Shown piece after piece: positions 35,020-45,833 of a stretch of 64,000 nt of DNA. The DNA is from Anaerovoracaceae bacterium. GTDB lineage: Bacteria > Bacillota > Clostridia > Peptostreptococcales > Anaerovoracaceae. Each line of letters opens with the position of its first letter. Positions within the stretch are counted from its first letter, which is position 1. Under the pieces are notes generated by a model that had not been told where the DNA came from, made no database searches, and saw only the letters and a program-made list of their open reading frames with translations. The stretch lies in NCBI GenBank assembly GCA_050946535.1, contig JBMNUZ010000011.1, positions 2,262-66,261 on the forward strand, written 5' to 3'. The translations under genes were made by a program, and so were the position numbers.

Positions 35020-36222
35020 CTATTCTGCCTGCATGTCGGCTTCGATTATAAATACCGGGTTCTGCGCCCTGAACAAGTCATATCTGCCGGCTCTGTGCGT
35101 CTCTGCAACCTGCAGCTGCGAAACGGAAATATTAAACGCACCAGCTTTCTCGAGAGCCTCTGATGCTCCTGCAAGGGTCTGCAGCGTCACCGCCGTGATC
35201 ACTACACGTTTATCATCCTTTTCTGCTTCTTTGACGGCTTCGAGAATCTCATCGAGCCTTCCGCCCGATCCGCCTATGAAATACGCGTCGGCAGGAGGCA
35301 GTCCGAAAAGAGCTTCCGGAGCTTCTCCGTACACCGGCACGATATTGTCCGCATGAAATTTCACGGCATTCTGTTTTATAAGATCTATGCCCTTTTTCTC
35401 GCGTTCGACCGCGTAAACTGTTCCGCGCCATGCGTTCAGCGCTGCTTCCACCGACACCGAACCCGTCCCGGCACCGATGTCCCAGACCGTGCTGTCTGCC
35501 TTCAGCTTCAGCGCGCTTATCGCCGCTGCCCTGACGAACCGCTTCGTCAAGGGCCTGCCACCGCGTATGAACTCAGAGTCTGGGATCCCCGCCGGCGAGC
35601 TTTCATCCGCGTACGGATTGAGAATCGTCATGACCGACAGTGGATCGTAATGCCCGCGATACAGCTGCCCGGCCGTGCCGTGCGATATTCTGCCGTCGCC
35701 GTACGAAAGCCTCTCCCCGATATATACTTCGAGGTCCCTGTAACCGTATCTGCACAGACCGTCCAGCAATTCACCGATATTGCCTCCGGTCAGGACGTAC
35801 GTGACTTTGCTCCTTCTGACGGCGGAAGCGATGTTTATCTGCCTGCCGTGGGCGCTGACGATCTCTGCTCCGCTCCACGGAATACCTGTGCAGGCAGACA
35901 TGTATGAAACCGATGAAATGCCCGGCATTACTGAAGGAGAATATTCCGAGAGAGCTTCACGTATCCGGGGAGCCGCGCTGAAAAAACCCTGATCTCCGGA
36001 AACAAGGACGAGGATCTTCGTCTCACCTGCTTCATCCACTATTCTCTTTATCCTGTCGGCTCTGTATTCGTTAACAATCCTGCATCCGTAACCGGCGAAT
36101 ACGTCCGTAACGCGCTCCGGACCGATTATCAGTTCAGCATGCCCGGCGGCAGACAGCAGGCCTTCCGTCATATCGGTGGCAGCTCCCATTCCGGCTCCGG
36201 CAATTATGATATGTTTTTTCAC
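35020..36222 (-). CDS. cbiET: Bifunctional cobalt-precorrin-7 C5-methyltransferase / cobalt-precorrin-6B C15-methyltransferase (CbiE-CbiT fusion, CobL-like)
   Basis: N-terminal tetrapyrrole methylase fold (IIIAGAGMGA). C-terminal SAM motif VWDIGAGTGSVSVEAA. GTG start in a GTGA overlap with the upstream gene. Confidence 0.9.
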   Translation of the reverse strand: MKKHIIIAGAGMGAATDMTEGLLSAAGHAELIIGPERVTDVFAGYGCRIVNEYRADRIKRIVDEAGETKILVLVSGDQGFFSAAPRIREALSEYSPSVMPGISSVSYMSACTGIPWSGAEIVSAHGRQINIASAVRRSKVTYVLTGGNIGELLDGLCRYGYRDLEVYIGERLSYGDGRISHGTAGQLYRGHYDPLSVMTILNPYADESSPAGIPDSEFIRGGRPLTKRFVRAAAISALKLKADSTVWDIGAGTGSVSVEAALNAWRGTVYAVEREKKGIDLIKQNAVKFHADNIVPVYGEAPEALFGLPPADAYFIGGSGGRLDEILEAVKEAEKDDKRVVITAVTLQTLAGASEALEKAGAFNISVSQLQVAETHRAGRYDLFRAQNPVFIIEADMQAE

Positions 36223-37859
36223 TGAAATCTCCCCTCACCGATCATTTTCACAGCTTCCTCCATGGAAATTCCCTCCGCACAAGGAGGCGGCGCAAGCACC
36301 AGAATCTTCATTCCCAGTTCACGGGCGGCATCGATCTTCTCGTAAAACCCGCCGGCCTTTCCTGATGACTTCGTCACCAGATAATCCGAGCCGAAGAAAC
36401 GGAAGCATGCTCTGTTCATTTCCTTCGTAAAAGGCCCCTGCATGCATATGATGTTTCTGCTGCTGAAACCCGCCTTTTTCACTTTTCCGACCGCATCCGC
36501 AGAAGGAAGTATCCTCACGGCAGCTCTTTCAGCTATGCCGTCGAGACGGGCATATGATTCAGCGGCACCGGATCCCGTGGAGAAAAATATCTTTCCGGTG
36601 CAGCCGTTCAGATACTCAACAATATCGTCCATCGTATCAAAAAACATGATATCTTCCCCTGACGGACCGCTCTCCGTCTTTCTCGCCACTCTGACAAGAC
36701 TTGTATCCGCTGCCTCCGCAGCCTTTTCTATGCTTTTCGAAATATGAACGGCGTAAGGATGAGTGGCATCTATCACACATGAGAATTTCTTCTCCAGCAG
36801 CAGTTCTTCGATCTTCTCTTCGGGCATTCTGCCTGAGATAATATTAACGCCGCTGCAGCCTGCTCCGGGTACCTCTGCGGTCTCTCTCCCGTAGTCGGTC
36901 GCGGCCGAAAGCCAGGTTTCGTATCCGGCATCTCTCGCACACGAAGCGAGTATCCTTCCTTCGGACGTCCCGCCGAATATGAGTATTCTGCGGCTTTTCA
37001 GACGCTCTTCTGTACTGCCGGCTGTTCCGCTGCTGTCTGACTCGTTTCTCTTCTGTTTCATTGTGCTGCCGCCGCTCCCGCTTTCCAGCCCCAGCTCGTG
37101 TCCGGCAGCCGGACGTCCATTGCCGTATCTGGACGCGTATCCGCGCGGCGTCACCATGCGGCCAGATATTTCACGTGTTTCGCTGCCGCCTATTATCACT
37201 GTCATAAGCATGTCGGCTTCGAGGCCAGACAGGCGTCCGAGCGTCATAAGTTCTGTCTCCTGTCCCTCACGCCCCGCGTTTCTGACCACGCCGCACAGAG
37301 TCTCAGGCGGCCTGTAAGCGAGCAGTATGCTGCACGCATGTTTCAGATAGTCCTTCCTTTTCTTCGAACCAGGATTGTAGATCACGACGGGCATACCAGA
37401 CTCCGCCGCGCATCTAAGCCTGTGCCCGATGCGCTCCCGCGGCACCAGCAGATCGCTCAGGCTTATAACCGCAAAATCACACGAAAGCGGAGATCCGAGC
37501 AGAGCTGCGCAGCTGAGCGCTGCCGTAACGCCTGGCACGATTTCTATTTCCGAAGCGTCGAGTCCCAGTCTCTCCGCGGTTTCAAACGCGAGCGAAGCCA
37601 TTCCGTAGACGCCGGCATCACCGCTGCATATCAGCGCCGTACTGACGCCCGATGCAGCCTTTTCCAGTGCATATTCGACGCGCTCGGTCTCGTGCCTCAT
37701 TCCGGTCGTGTAATATTCTTTATCAGGGAAATATTCCCGGACCAGATCAGCGTAAAGGCCGTATCCGACTATGAGGCGGGCGTCTTCCAGAGCTTTTCTG
37801 GCTTCGCCGGTCATGCCTTCCAGGCTTCCCGGTCCGATTCCGACTACCTTCATATTCAT
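36219..37859 (-). CDS. cbiHJ: CbiH (C17-methyltransferase) fused to CbiJ (cobalt-precorrin-6A reductase)
   Basis: VVGIGPGSLEGMT N-terminus, an S/G-rich linker, then the ILIFGGTSEGR CbiJ/CobK domain. ATGA overlap with the cbiG stop. Confidence 0.88.
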   Translation of the reverse strand: MNMKVVGIGPGSLEGMTGEARKALEDARLIVGYGLYADLVREYFPDKEYYTTGMRHETERVEYALEKAASGVSTALICSGDAGVYGMASLAFETAERLGLDASEIEIVPGVTAALSCAALLGSPLSCDFAVISLSDLLVPRERIGHRLRCAAESGMPVVIYNPGSKKRKDYLKHACSILLAYRPPETLCGVVRNAGREGQETELMTLGRLSGLEADMLMTVIIGGSETREISGRMVTPRGYASRYGNGRPAAGHELGLESGSGGSTMKQKRNESDSSGTAGSTEERLKSRRILIFGGTSEGRILASCARDAGYETWLSAATDYGRETAEVPGAGCSGVNIISGRMPEEKIEELLLEKKFSCVIDATHPYAVHISKSIEKAAEAADTSLVRVARKTESGPSGEDIMFFDTMDDIVEYLNGCTGKIFFSTGSGAAESYARLDGIAERAAVRILPSADAVGKVKKAGFSSRNIICMQGPFTKEMNRACFRFFGSDYLVTKSSGKAGGFYEKIDAARELGMKILVLAPPPCAEGISMEEAVKMIGEGRFQ

Positions 37860-38842
37860 AACAGATTCCTTTCGGCGGCTGCAAACGTCATGCCGTCGCG
37901 CGCTGTCTTTTTCACGATTATCCTGCCTCCGGCACTGCCGCATCCTGCAATTGCGCTCCTTTCGCACACGTTTCCTGTTCCAGCCACTTTCTTTACAAAT
38001 TCCGAATCAGAGAATACGCCTGGTATGCCGTTGAGATGCTCTGCCGTAAACACGACGAACGGAGCACCGGCAGCTGAAGCTGCAGCGCTCATGCACTTTT
38101 CGCCGGCCTTTATCTCTGCAGAACAGACCTTATATACGTCACCCGGTACAGCACCCATGGCGGCGAGATTTTCTTTCACGAAATCCGTCATGGCCTGAGC
38201 GGACGTTCCCTTTCTGCAGCCGAGTCCCAACACGTACCTCTTGGGCTTCATCCTGACCGACGCACCTGACTTTCCCTGTACTCTCCACACCAAAGTTCCG
38301 TCAGGTTCTCTCGACTTTTCGGTCTTTTCGCCTGCCACCAGCGCGGCCGTGACCTTTTTTGCGTCTTCCATGCTGTCTATCGAGTAGCCCTCACGCGACG
38401 CAAATACGTCGGCTGCTTCTGTATTCTCAGCAGAATCGGAAGCCGTCGTTACGACTGCCTCCGCCCCCAGAACCGAAGCCAGCTCGCGCGATGCATCGTT
38501 TGCTCTTCCGATGTGGCCCGAAAGCACAGGAATCACAAAATCGGCACGATCGTTTACGACGATCACGGCCGGATCGGCCGTCTTGTTTACAATATATGGG
38601 GCAATGGACCTGACCGCGATTCCGGCCGCCGAAAAGAAAACAATGACGGCGTAACCTTCACCGCTGTCCTTCATGCCTCCGAAAAACCGCTCCATGAGCC
38701 TTCCTGTTCTGTCGAAATCGCGTCCGTACCTGAATACGTCGAGTCCTCCGGCGCGCAGCGCGTTTTTCTCGCCTTCGTCCGTATAGCAGACCGCGGCGGC
38801 TCTCAGAACTTCTCTGCCGCCGCTAACATCATCTATCAGCAT
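37856..38842 (-). CDS. cbiG: Cobalt-precorrin-5A hydrolase CbiG
   Basis: 328 aa; position and CbiG-like N- and C-terminal halves (VLGLGCRKGT). Confidence 0.85.
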   Translation of the reverse strand: MLIDDVSGGREVLRAAAVCYTDEGEKNALRAGGLDVFRYGRDFDRTGRLMERFFGGMKDSGEGYAVIVFFSAAGIAVRSIAPYIVNKTADPAVIVVNDRADFVIPVLSGHIGRANDASRELASVLGAEAVVTTASDSAENTEAADVFASREGYSIDSMEDAKKVTAALVAGEKTEKSREPDGTLVWRVQGKSGASVRMKPKRYVLGLGCRKGTSAQAMTDFVKENLAAMGAVPGDVYKVCSAEIKAGEKCMSAAASAAGAPFVVFTAEHLNGIPGVFSDSEFVKKVAGTGNVCERSAIAGCGSAGGRIIVKKTARDGMTFAAAERNLL

Positions 38843-38844
38843 AG

Positions 38845-39597
38845 TTATCTGAACTCCGTATGAAAATTTTTATCGTAAAGTTTTGAAAGATCGTGCTCAC
38901 CGCCGAGAAATCCTCCCACGAGAATGAGAGCCGTCTTCGTGATATTCTCAGCTGCAGCGGCTTCCGCAAGGTGCCCGAGCGTCGTCACGATCTTTTTCTC
39001 ATCAGGCCACGAAGCCTTGTAAACTATCGCACAGGGCGTTTCCTCCGTGTATCCGCCGGACTCAAGCAGTTCTTCCTGCAGCCTGTCTGTCATGGAAGCG
39101 CTCAGGAAAATGGCCATCGACGCGCCGTGTGCAGCGAGTCCTCTTATCCGCTCTTTTTCAGGCACAGGTGTCTTCCCCTCCATACGCGTCAGTATCAATG
39201 TCTGAGAAACTCCAGGGAGCGTGTATTCTGCATTGAGAGATGCTGCCGCTGCCGAAAAGCTGCTGACTCCGGGGCAGACTTCGTACGCTATTCCCAGCTT
39301 GTCCAGAGCGTCCATCTGCTCTCTTACCGCTCCGTACAGAGAAGGATCTCCTGTATGCAGCCTCACGACTGTTTTACCGCGCTTTACGGCATCCTCCATC
39401 ACCGAAATTATCTGCTCGAGATACATCTCTGCGCTGTTGAAAATCTGCTCTGCATCGGCTGCATATTTCAGGAGTTCAGGATTTACAAGAGAACCTGCGT
39501 AAATGACGACATCCGCCTTCTCAAGAAGGTGCATGCCTCTTACCGTTATCAGATCAGCGGCGCCGCTTCCTGCGCCTACAAAATATACTTTACTCAT
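38845..39597 (-). CDS. cbiF: Cobalt-precorrin-4 C11-methyltransferase CbiF
   Basis: VYFVGAGSGAADLITVRG and HTGDPSLYGA. The ATG at 39597 lies 5 nt after GGAGGA. Confidence 0.92.
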   Translation of the reverse strand: MSKVYFVGAGSGAADLITVRGMHLLEKADVVIYAGSLVNPELLKYAADAEQIFNSAEMYLEQIISVMEDAVKRGKTVVRLHTGDPSLYGAVREQMDALDKLGIAYEVCPGVSSFSAAAASLNAEYTLPGVSQTLILTRMEGKTPVPEKERIRGLAAHGASMAIFLSASMTDRLQEELLESGGYTEETPCAIVYKASWPDEKKIVTTLGHLAEAAAAENITKTALILVGGFLGGEHDLSKLYDKNFHTEFR

Positions 39598-41050
39598 GTT
39601 CATCCTCCGCAAGATCGAAAGCGCTTTCCGTAAAGCCCAGTACTTCTCCGGTATTCTTGAGAATGATAAGTTCTGTCCTCATATCAGGCACCCTGCGTTT
39701 AATCTTACTGTGAGCTCGTTCGGTGATGATCTTCACTGCAGGCTCCAGATATCCTCCGGCATCGAGCAGATCGCAGGCGGCATCGGTAGTGACGCATCTG
39801 TCGAGATCGTGCAGTATCTCATATGGCGTTCCCGCCCTCAGGGCGCTTCTGATAATAATATCTATTCTGGCGTCCGCTTCGTGAGAATGAGTGTTGAAAA
39901 TCCCTCCCGCAAGCTTTACGAGTTTTCCGAGGCTTCCCGCGATGAGCAAGCTCTTCACCCCGTTTTCCGCGGCTTCGTCGAGCGCGGCTCCCGGATAATT
40001 GCTGATCGTCACGATCTTTTTCTCCGGAATCCTGAGCTCGTTTTTTACGAAATCCATGCCTGCGTTTCCGGGTACAAAAGCCAGAAAATCAGAATCTGCC
40101 GATTTAACTCTGACCTCTGCACGCACAGTTTCCTCTACGGCTCTTCCGCTCATCGGCTCCACTATTCCGGTTGTTCCCAGTATGGAAATTCCGCCTTCGA
40201 TACCGAGAACGGGATTGAACGTTTTCTCTGCTGCTTCTTCCCCTCCGGGAACGGATATCTCTACAGCAAGACCGCCCTCGTATCCGTTGTCTTCGCAGAC
40301 ATCTTCGAGAGCCTGAGAGATCATGCGGCGCGGCCCCGAGTTTATTGCTGCCGCGCCGACAGGCTGATCCAGCCCCGGCTTCGTAACGGTGCCCACTCCG
40401 CGGCCGCCTGTGATTTCAAAGCGCTCGTATTGTTCATATGATGAGCCGCGCTGTTCATTCTCTGCGCTGTTTTCTGCGCGTGCATCTGATGCACGTGCGG
40501 CCGGTGTCTGCATTTCCGGAGCAGAGACTGCGTCTCCTTTCTTTACGGAGTTGATATAGTCCGCAGCCACATTCCAGCGGAACGGGATTACTCCGTCAGG
40601 CCCTGCCATGCTCTCTATAGTAATTTTCTGATCATTCATGCCGTTATCAGATCCAGCTGCATCTCCATTTCTCCGCTTATTCTCCTGATCATCCTGACTG
40701 TTCCCGGCAGATTCTTCAACTTCACCGTTCTTTCCTGAATCAGACTGGATTTCGCCGTCCTGTCTCCTGACTTTCGCATAGATCAGCATGCCGTCAGTAA
40801 CGTCGGGATCGTCGCCTGCATCTTTCCTGACAGCACATTCAGCCCAGCCATCCTTCAGCAAAGCATCACAAAGAGTAAAATCCGCCTCGGAACTCTCCCC
40901 TCTGCCGAAAGTCCACTTAAGGTGAATGCTGTCGATCGTCCTTCCGGTCAGAAGCATCCAGGCTGAAGCCTTCGCTGCCGCTGCCGCACATACGCCTGTC
41001 GTATATCCTCGTCTCATTTTTCTGCCGTTTTTGCTGGTATATTCGTGCAC
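39590..41050 (-). CDS. cbiD: Cobalt-precorrin-5B C1-methyltransferase CbiD with a ~110-aa internal insertion
   Basis: RRGYTTGVCAAAAAKAS, KDAGDDPDVTDG, GGRGVGTVTKPGL. Start is uncertain: GTG at 41050 lies 13 nt after GAAGGAGA, and the ATG at 41017 is an alternative. Confidence 0.85.
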   Translation of the reverse strand: MHEYTSKNGRKMRRGYTTGVCAAAAAKASAWMLLTGRTIDSIHLKWTFGRGESSEADFTLCDALLKDGWAECAVRKDAGDDPDVTDGMLIYAKVRRQDGEIQSDSGKNGEVEESAGNSQDDQENKRRNGDAAGSDNGMNDQKITIESMAGPDGVIPFRWNVAADYINSVKKGDAVSAPEMQTPAARASDARAENSAENEQRGSSYEQYERFEITGGRGVGTVTKPGLDQPVGAAAINSGPRRMISQALEDVCEDNGYEGGLAVEISVPGGEEAAEKTFNPVLGIEGGISILGTTGIVEPMSGRAVEETVRAEVRVKSADSDFLAFVPGNAGMDFVKNELRIPEKKIVTISNYPGAALDEAAENGVKSLLIAGSLGKLVKLAGGIFNTHSHEADARIDIIIRSALRAGTPYEILHDLDRCVTTDAACDLLDAGGYLEPAVKIITERAHSKIKRRVPDMRTELIILKNTGEVLGFTESAFDLAEDEHE

Positions 41051-41110
41051 GATGCTTCTTTTTCTCCTTCATTTCTTCTCAATATGAACAATTATAGCAC
41101 ATCATATCTT

Positions 41111-41125
41111 TACACGATTAATGTA
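41111..41125. promoter_or_regulatory. Candidate LysR-type (T-N11-A) operator in the cbiD/lysR divergent region
   Basis: Inverted repeat TACA-N7-TGTA (TACACGATTAATGTA), between a - strand TGcTATAAT (-10 at 41091-41096) and the LysR start. Confidence 0.4.
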
Positions 41126-41167
41126 TAATTATTGTTAAGTAACCGGTAACTTCAAGGGGGTTTATTA

Positions 41168-42064
41168 ATGGACAACAGGAAATATGAAGCTGTCATAAAC
41201 GTAGCTGAAACAGGCAGCATCACAAGAACTGCGGAGAAAATGGGATATTCACAATCAGGCATCACACAGATGATCAAAAGTCTCGAAAATGAACTTGGGC
41301 TCACGCTGCTTACCAGGACGAACAGAGGAGTCTCGCTGACGAATGCGGCGCGCGAGCTGATGCCGCTTATGCGCGAGGAACAGCGCGCCGACGAACGAAT
41401 CAGGCAGCAGTGTGCCGCGATCACCGGACGGACAGCCGGCAAAATCACGATCGGATGCCTGTCGAGCGTATCTGAATCGTGGATGCCTGCGGTGCTCGAA
41501 GCGCTTGCCGCTGAATATCCGGGGATACAGGTGTCGACTCTCGAGCACGAAACTCCTATGCTGCAGGAGCTGCTTTCCACAGGACGTCTCGACATGGCGA
41601 TATGCGAGATAACCGACAAAGAGTCTGCATTCGACACGATTCCCCTCCACACCGACGAGATCATCGCCATCGTTCCCAAGAATCACGATCTTGCCAGGCG
41701 CGATTCCGTCACACTACACGAGCTGTCCGAATATCCGTTCATTTCATATACCATCGGCGAGACGAGTCTCGGATATCCTGGCTGGCCGGAGGCGATCGTA
41801 AAGAGAAAAGTAAGGCTCAACATAGCCTACTCCTGCAAGGACAATCTGACTGTCATGAAAATGATAGACCACAACCTCGGTGTATCTCTCGCATCGCAGC
41901 TCATCATGCAGAACTATGCCACTAGCGCCGTAAAGCTTCATCTCGATCCGCCGATCTACAGGCAGATCGGAATCCTCAAACGACCCCTTGAGAAGGACCT
42001 TCCTGCTGCATCGGCTTTTACTGAATTTCTGATGGATTATGTGAAGAAGGAATACGACCGTTAG
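41168..42064 (+). CDS. LysR-family transcriptional regulator
   Basis: N-terminal HTH AETGSITRTAEKMGYSQSGITQMIKSLE and a C-terminal substrate-binding domain. Confidence 0.95.
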   Translation: MDNRKYEAVINVAETGSITRTAEKMGYSQSGITQMIKSLENELGLTLLTRTNRGVSLTNAARELMPLMREEQRADERIRQQCAAITGRTAGKITIGCLSSVSESWMPAVLEALAAEYPGIQVSTLEHETPMLQELLSTGRLDMAICEITDKESAFDTIPLHTDEIIAIVPKNHDLARRDSVTLHELSEYPFISYTIGETSLGYPGWPEAIVKRKVRLNIAYSCKDNLTVMKMIDHNLGVSLASQLIMQNYATSAVKLHLDPPIYRQIGILKRPLEKDLPAASAFTEFLMDYVKKEYDR

Positions 42065-42250
42065 CTTGCAGGCATTTCTGTGCCTGTTTATCCGGCGTCC
42101 ATGACCCTGAATATTTCAGGGACTGCACGATTGAATATCTCTGGCGCCATACACAGATAACTCTCCGGCGCAGTTCCGGCTTCAGGTTTAACCCACTTAA
42201 CCCCCTATAAATTAATAAACCTGTTAATACCAAAATATATAACAATGGAA

Positions 42251-42305
42251 CAGGCCCGGGTGTCCGGAAGGTTATCCTTCCGGCATCCGGGCCTGCTCTG
42301 GTTTT
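42251..42305. terminator. Long GC hairpin, likely a bidirectional terminator (LysR gene / DMT gene)
   Basis: Outer stem CAGGCCCGG/CCGGGCCTG and inner stem CCGGAAGG/CCTTCCGG. T-rich sequence follows on both strands. Confidence 0.6.
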
Positions 42306-42347
42306 AAAAATGTTATGTAAAGGGAAATAGTATGTCTTTATTAATGT

Positions 42348-43295
42348 TCACGCATGTCTGCGCAGTCCGCGGACGGATCTGAAGCGCAGCGTGTTCATCA
42401 GCTTTTCCGGATTTGCATTCATAAGCATTACCGACATCAGTACAACTATGATTCCGGCTGCCTTGCCCGTGCTCAGAGCCTGTCCGAGTACCAATGCACC
42501 TATAAGCGCTGATGAAACCGTCTCAAATGAGCTTACTACCGGCACTTTCGAAGTCTCGAGGCGCTTTGAAAGACCCTTCAGATACAATATGTACGGAATG
42601 CATGTAGGAATAAGTCCGTATCCGAGTATTGTCAGAAGTGTCTTCGCATCGGCCAGCTGAGTTGCTGCTTCCCACGGTCTCGATATGAACATCAGCATAA
42701 CCGCTCCGATAATCATGCCATAGAAATTCATCGTGAGCAGATTGTATTTTCCGAGCGTTTCTGTGTTGATAACCGGGAGCAATGAATAAAGCAGTCCGGC
42801 TGCTATTCCTGCTGCAAATCCCGTCAGAGGAATATGTATATCACCGAAGCTCCCGCCTGTGACAGCGAGCATGCATCCTGCTATGTTCAATATAAGCGCC
42901 GCAATCTTTATCTGGGTTATTTTTTCCTTGAACAGGAACCTCGACATTATGCACACAAACACCGGTGACGTGTAGAGCATTACCGTCGCGGCAGCCATTC
43001 CCGATTCCTCTACTGCAGCCGAATAACTCAGATTGTACAGTCCTTCGACAAATATTCCGAGCAGCAGGCACCACGCCAGTCCTCTGAGGCTGATCCTGAA
43101 GACAGACAAACCGTATCTGAAAAACAGGAATACTCCGAGAAACATGGCTCCCGAAGCCAGCCTGAAGAATGCAACCATCGATGAGCTCAGACCGGCTGAA
43201 GACAACAATGTCGAGAACAATCCGGCCGATCCCCACAATATTCCTGCTGCTAATACCAGCATGTATCCATAAGTCTGATCCCTTTTCAATTCCAA
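42348..43295 (-). CDS. DMT-superfamily (EamA) transporter
   Basis: About 10 TM segments; LAAGILWGSAGLF. Start is uncertain (TTG at 43295 or ATG at 43262). Confidence 0.85.
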   Translation of the reverse strand: MELKRDQTYGYMLVLAAGILWGSAGLFSTLLSSAGLSSSMVAFFRLASGAMFLGVFLFFRYGLSVFRISLRGLAWCLLLGIFVEGLYNLSYSAAVEESGMAAATVMLYTSPVFVCIMSRFLFKEKITQIKIAALILNIAGCMLAVTGGSFGDIHIPLTGFAAGIAAGLLYSLLPVINTETLGKYNLLTMNFYGMIIGAVMLMFISRPWEAATQLADAKTLLTILGYGLIPTCIPYILYLKGLSKRLETSKVPVVSSFETVSSALIGALVLGQALSTGKAAGIIVVLMSVMLMNANPEKLMNTLRFRSVRGLRRHA

Positions 43296-43325
43296 AACCT
43301 TCTTTCATGCCCGGCCTTAAACCGG

Positions 43326-43366
43326 TTTGATGTTAATCTCTGATCCTTTGATGTTAATCTCAGATC
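43326..43366. repeat. 20-nt near-tandem duplication TTTGATGTTAATCTC(T/A)GATC
   Basis: Copies at 43326-43345 and 43347-43366, 30-70 nt upstream of the DMT gene start. Confidence 0.9.
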
Positions 43367-43931
43367 TCATCCAGGTTATCCCCTTTCGGGTTTCCCCTTT
43401 TCGTATCTATAATATAGACCCAGATTTACAATTAGAAAACCTAAATTTATTTATATTGCATATTACAAAATGTAATATCAAGCAATGGTTCCCAAAAACA
43501 TGTTCCGGTCGGGAATGAAATGGTTTGATCATTGAACTTTTAAGGGTGGCATAATGTTGTCATGCTAATATTCTTTCCAGTATCTATTGTGCATTGTATA
43601 CACTGAATGGATTATTATGTAATTTATCTTTTTACAAATTAACGGAGTTCCTGTGTACGCGTCCCGCAGCCGGCCATGAGAAAATCGCGCCAGAGAGCGT
43701 ATATAAATTCATCTGCGCACCTCCTGCTCCACTTTATACTTACTAAATACTAATAGCCGACATTACATGGTGCGCCCTTTTCCCATAAAAAAACCGCCAG
43801 CAGTTTTGAAACCACTGGCAGACAGGAAAACTTCATCCGCGCCCCTCGCGCCCATTCTTTTCTCTGCCGGCTTCGCGTCATATTCCCGCAGCATTGAAAA
43901 CCAGTGCTGCATCATCCGGCATTTTTCCCAT

Positions 43932-43963
43932 AAAAAAAAGCCCGCGCACCTGAAGTGCGCGGG
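43932..43963 (-). terminator. atp operon terminator
   Basis: Stem CCCGCGCAC/GTGCGCGGG followed on the - strand by TTTTTTTT, 6 nt past the atpC stop. Confidence 0.85.
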
Positions 43964-43969
43964 TCGTGA

Positions 43970-44383
43970 TTAACGCGAATTTTTGATTTTGCTGGTAACC
44001 TTGAGTCTTGCCATAGCTCTTGCCAGAGCCGCCTGAGAGTGAACGTATTCGATCTCGCTCCTCTTGGCCTTGATACGCTCTTCGGCACGTTCTTTTGCGC
44101 GCTCGGCACGCATGACATCGATGTCGATAGCGCGCTCGGCGAAGTCACATATTACCGTGACTCTGTCGCCCAGTACCTCGGCGAAACCATCGCCTATGGC
44201 GCAAAGCTCTGACTCTCCGTTTACAGTATAGCGGAGCTCTCCTGCCTTTACGGCAACTACCATCGTGTCGTGCTCAGGCAGAATACCCATTTCACCGTCG
44301 AGAGCCGGCAGAACTACGAATTCAGCGTCGCCGCTGAAGAAAATCTTGTCAGTAGCGACGATTTCCAGTTTAAATGTACTCAT
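43970..44383 (-). CDS. atpC: F1 ATP synthase subunit epsilon
   Basis: 137 aa; FKLEIVATDKIFFSGDAEFVVLP. Confidence 0.93.
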   Translation of the reverse strand: MSTFKLEIVATDKIFFSGDAEFVVLPALDGEMGILPEHDTMVVAVKAGELRYTVNGESELCAIGDGFAEVLGDRVTVICDFAERAIDIDVMRAERAKERAEERIKAKRSEIEYVHSQAALARAMARLKVTSKIKNSR

Positions 44384-44414
44384 ATATGCACCTCACTGAT
44401 TCATGTCAGATGCG

Positions 44415-45824
<1,410 letters not shown>

Positions 45825-45833
45825 CTAATTTGT

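Noticed and set aside
37098-40441. Antisense ORFs (366, 246 and 312 aa) opposite the cbi genes.
   Set aside because: The reasoning is the same. The sense frames have unmistakable tetrapyrrole-methylase motifs, and the antisense products are low-complexity and Arg/Ser-rich.
41051-41167. Expected a cobalamin riboswitch upstream of cbiD.
   Set aside because: The region is only 117 nt, is AT-rich and is shared with a divergent promoter. No B12-box-like GCCACTG core or multi-stem GC structure is visible. The absence is reported as a finding instead.
42251-42295. The TCCGGAAGG-containing hairpin recalled the SRP RNA domain IV motif.
   Set aside because: It is a perfectly self-complementary nested hairpin between convergent genes, with no asymmetric loop or flanking SRP helices. 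It was called a terminator.
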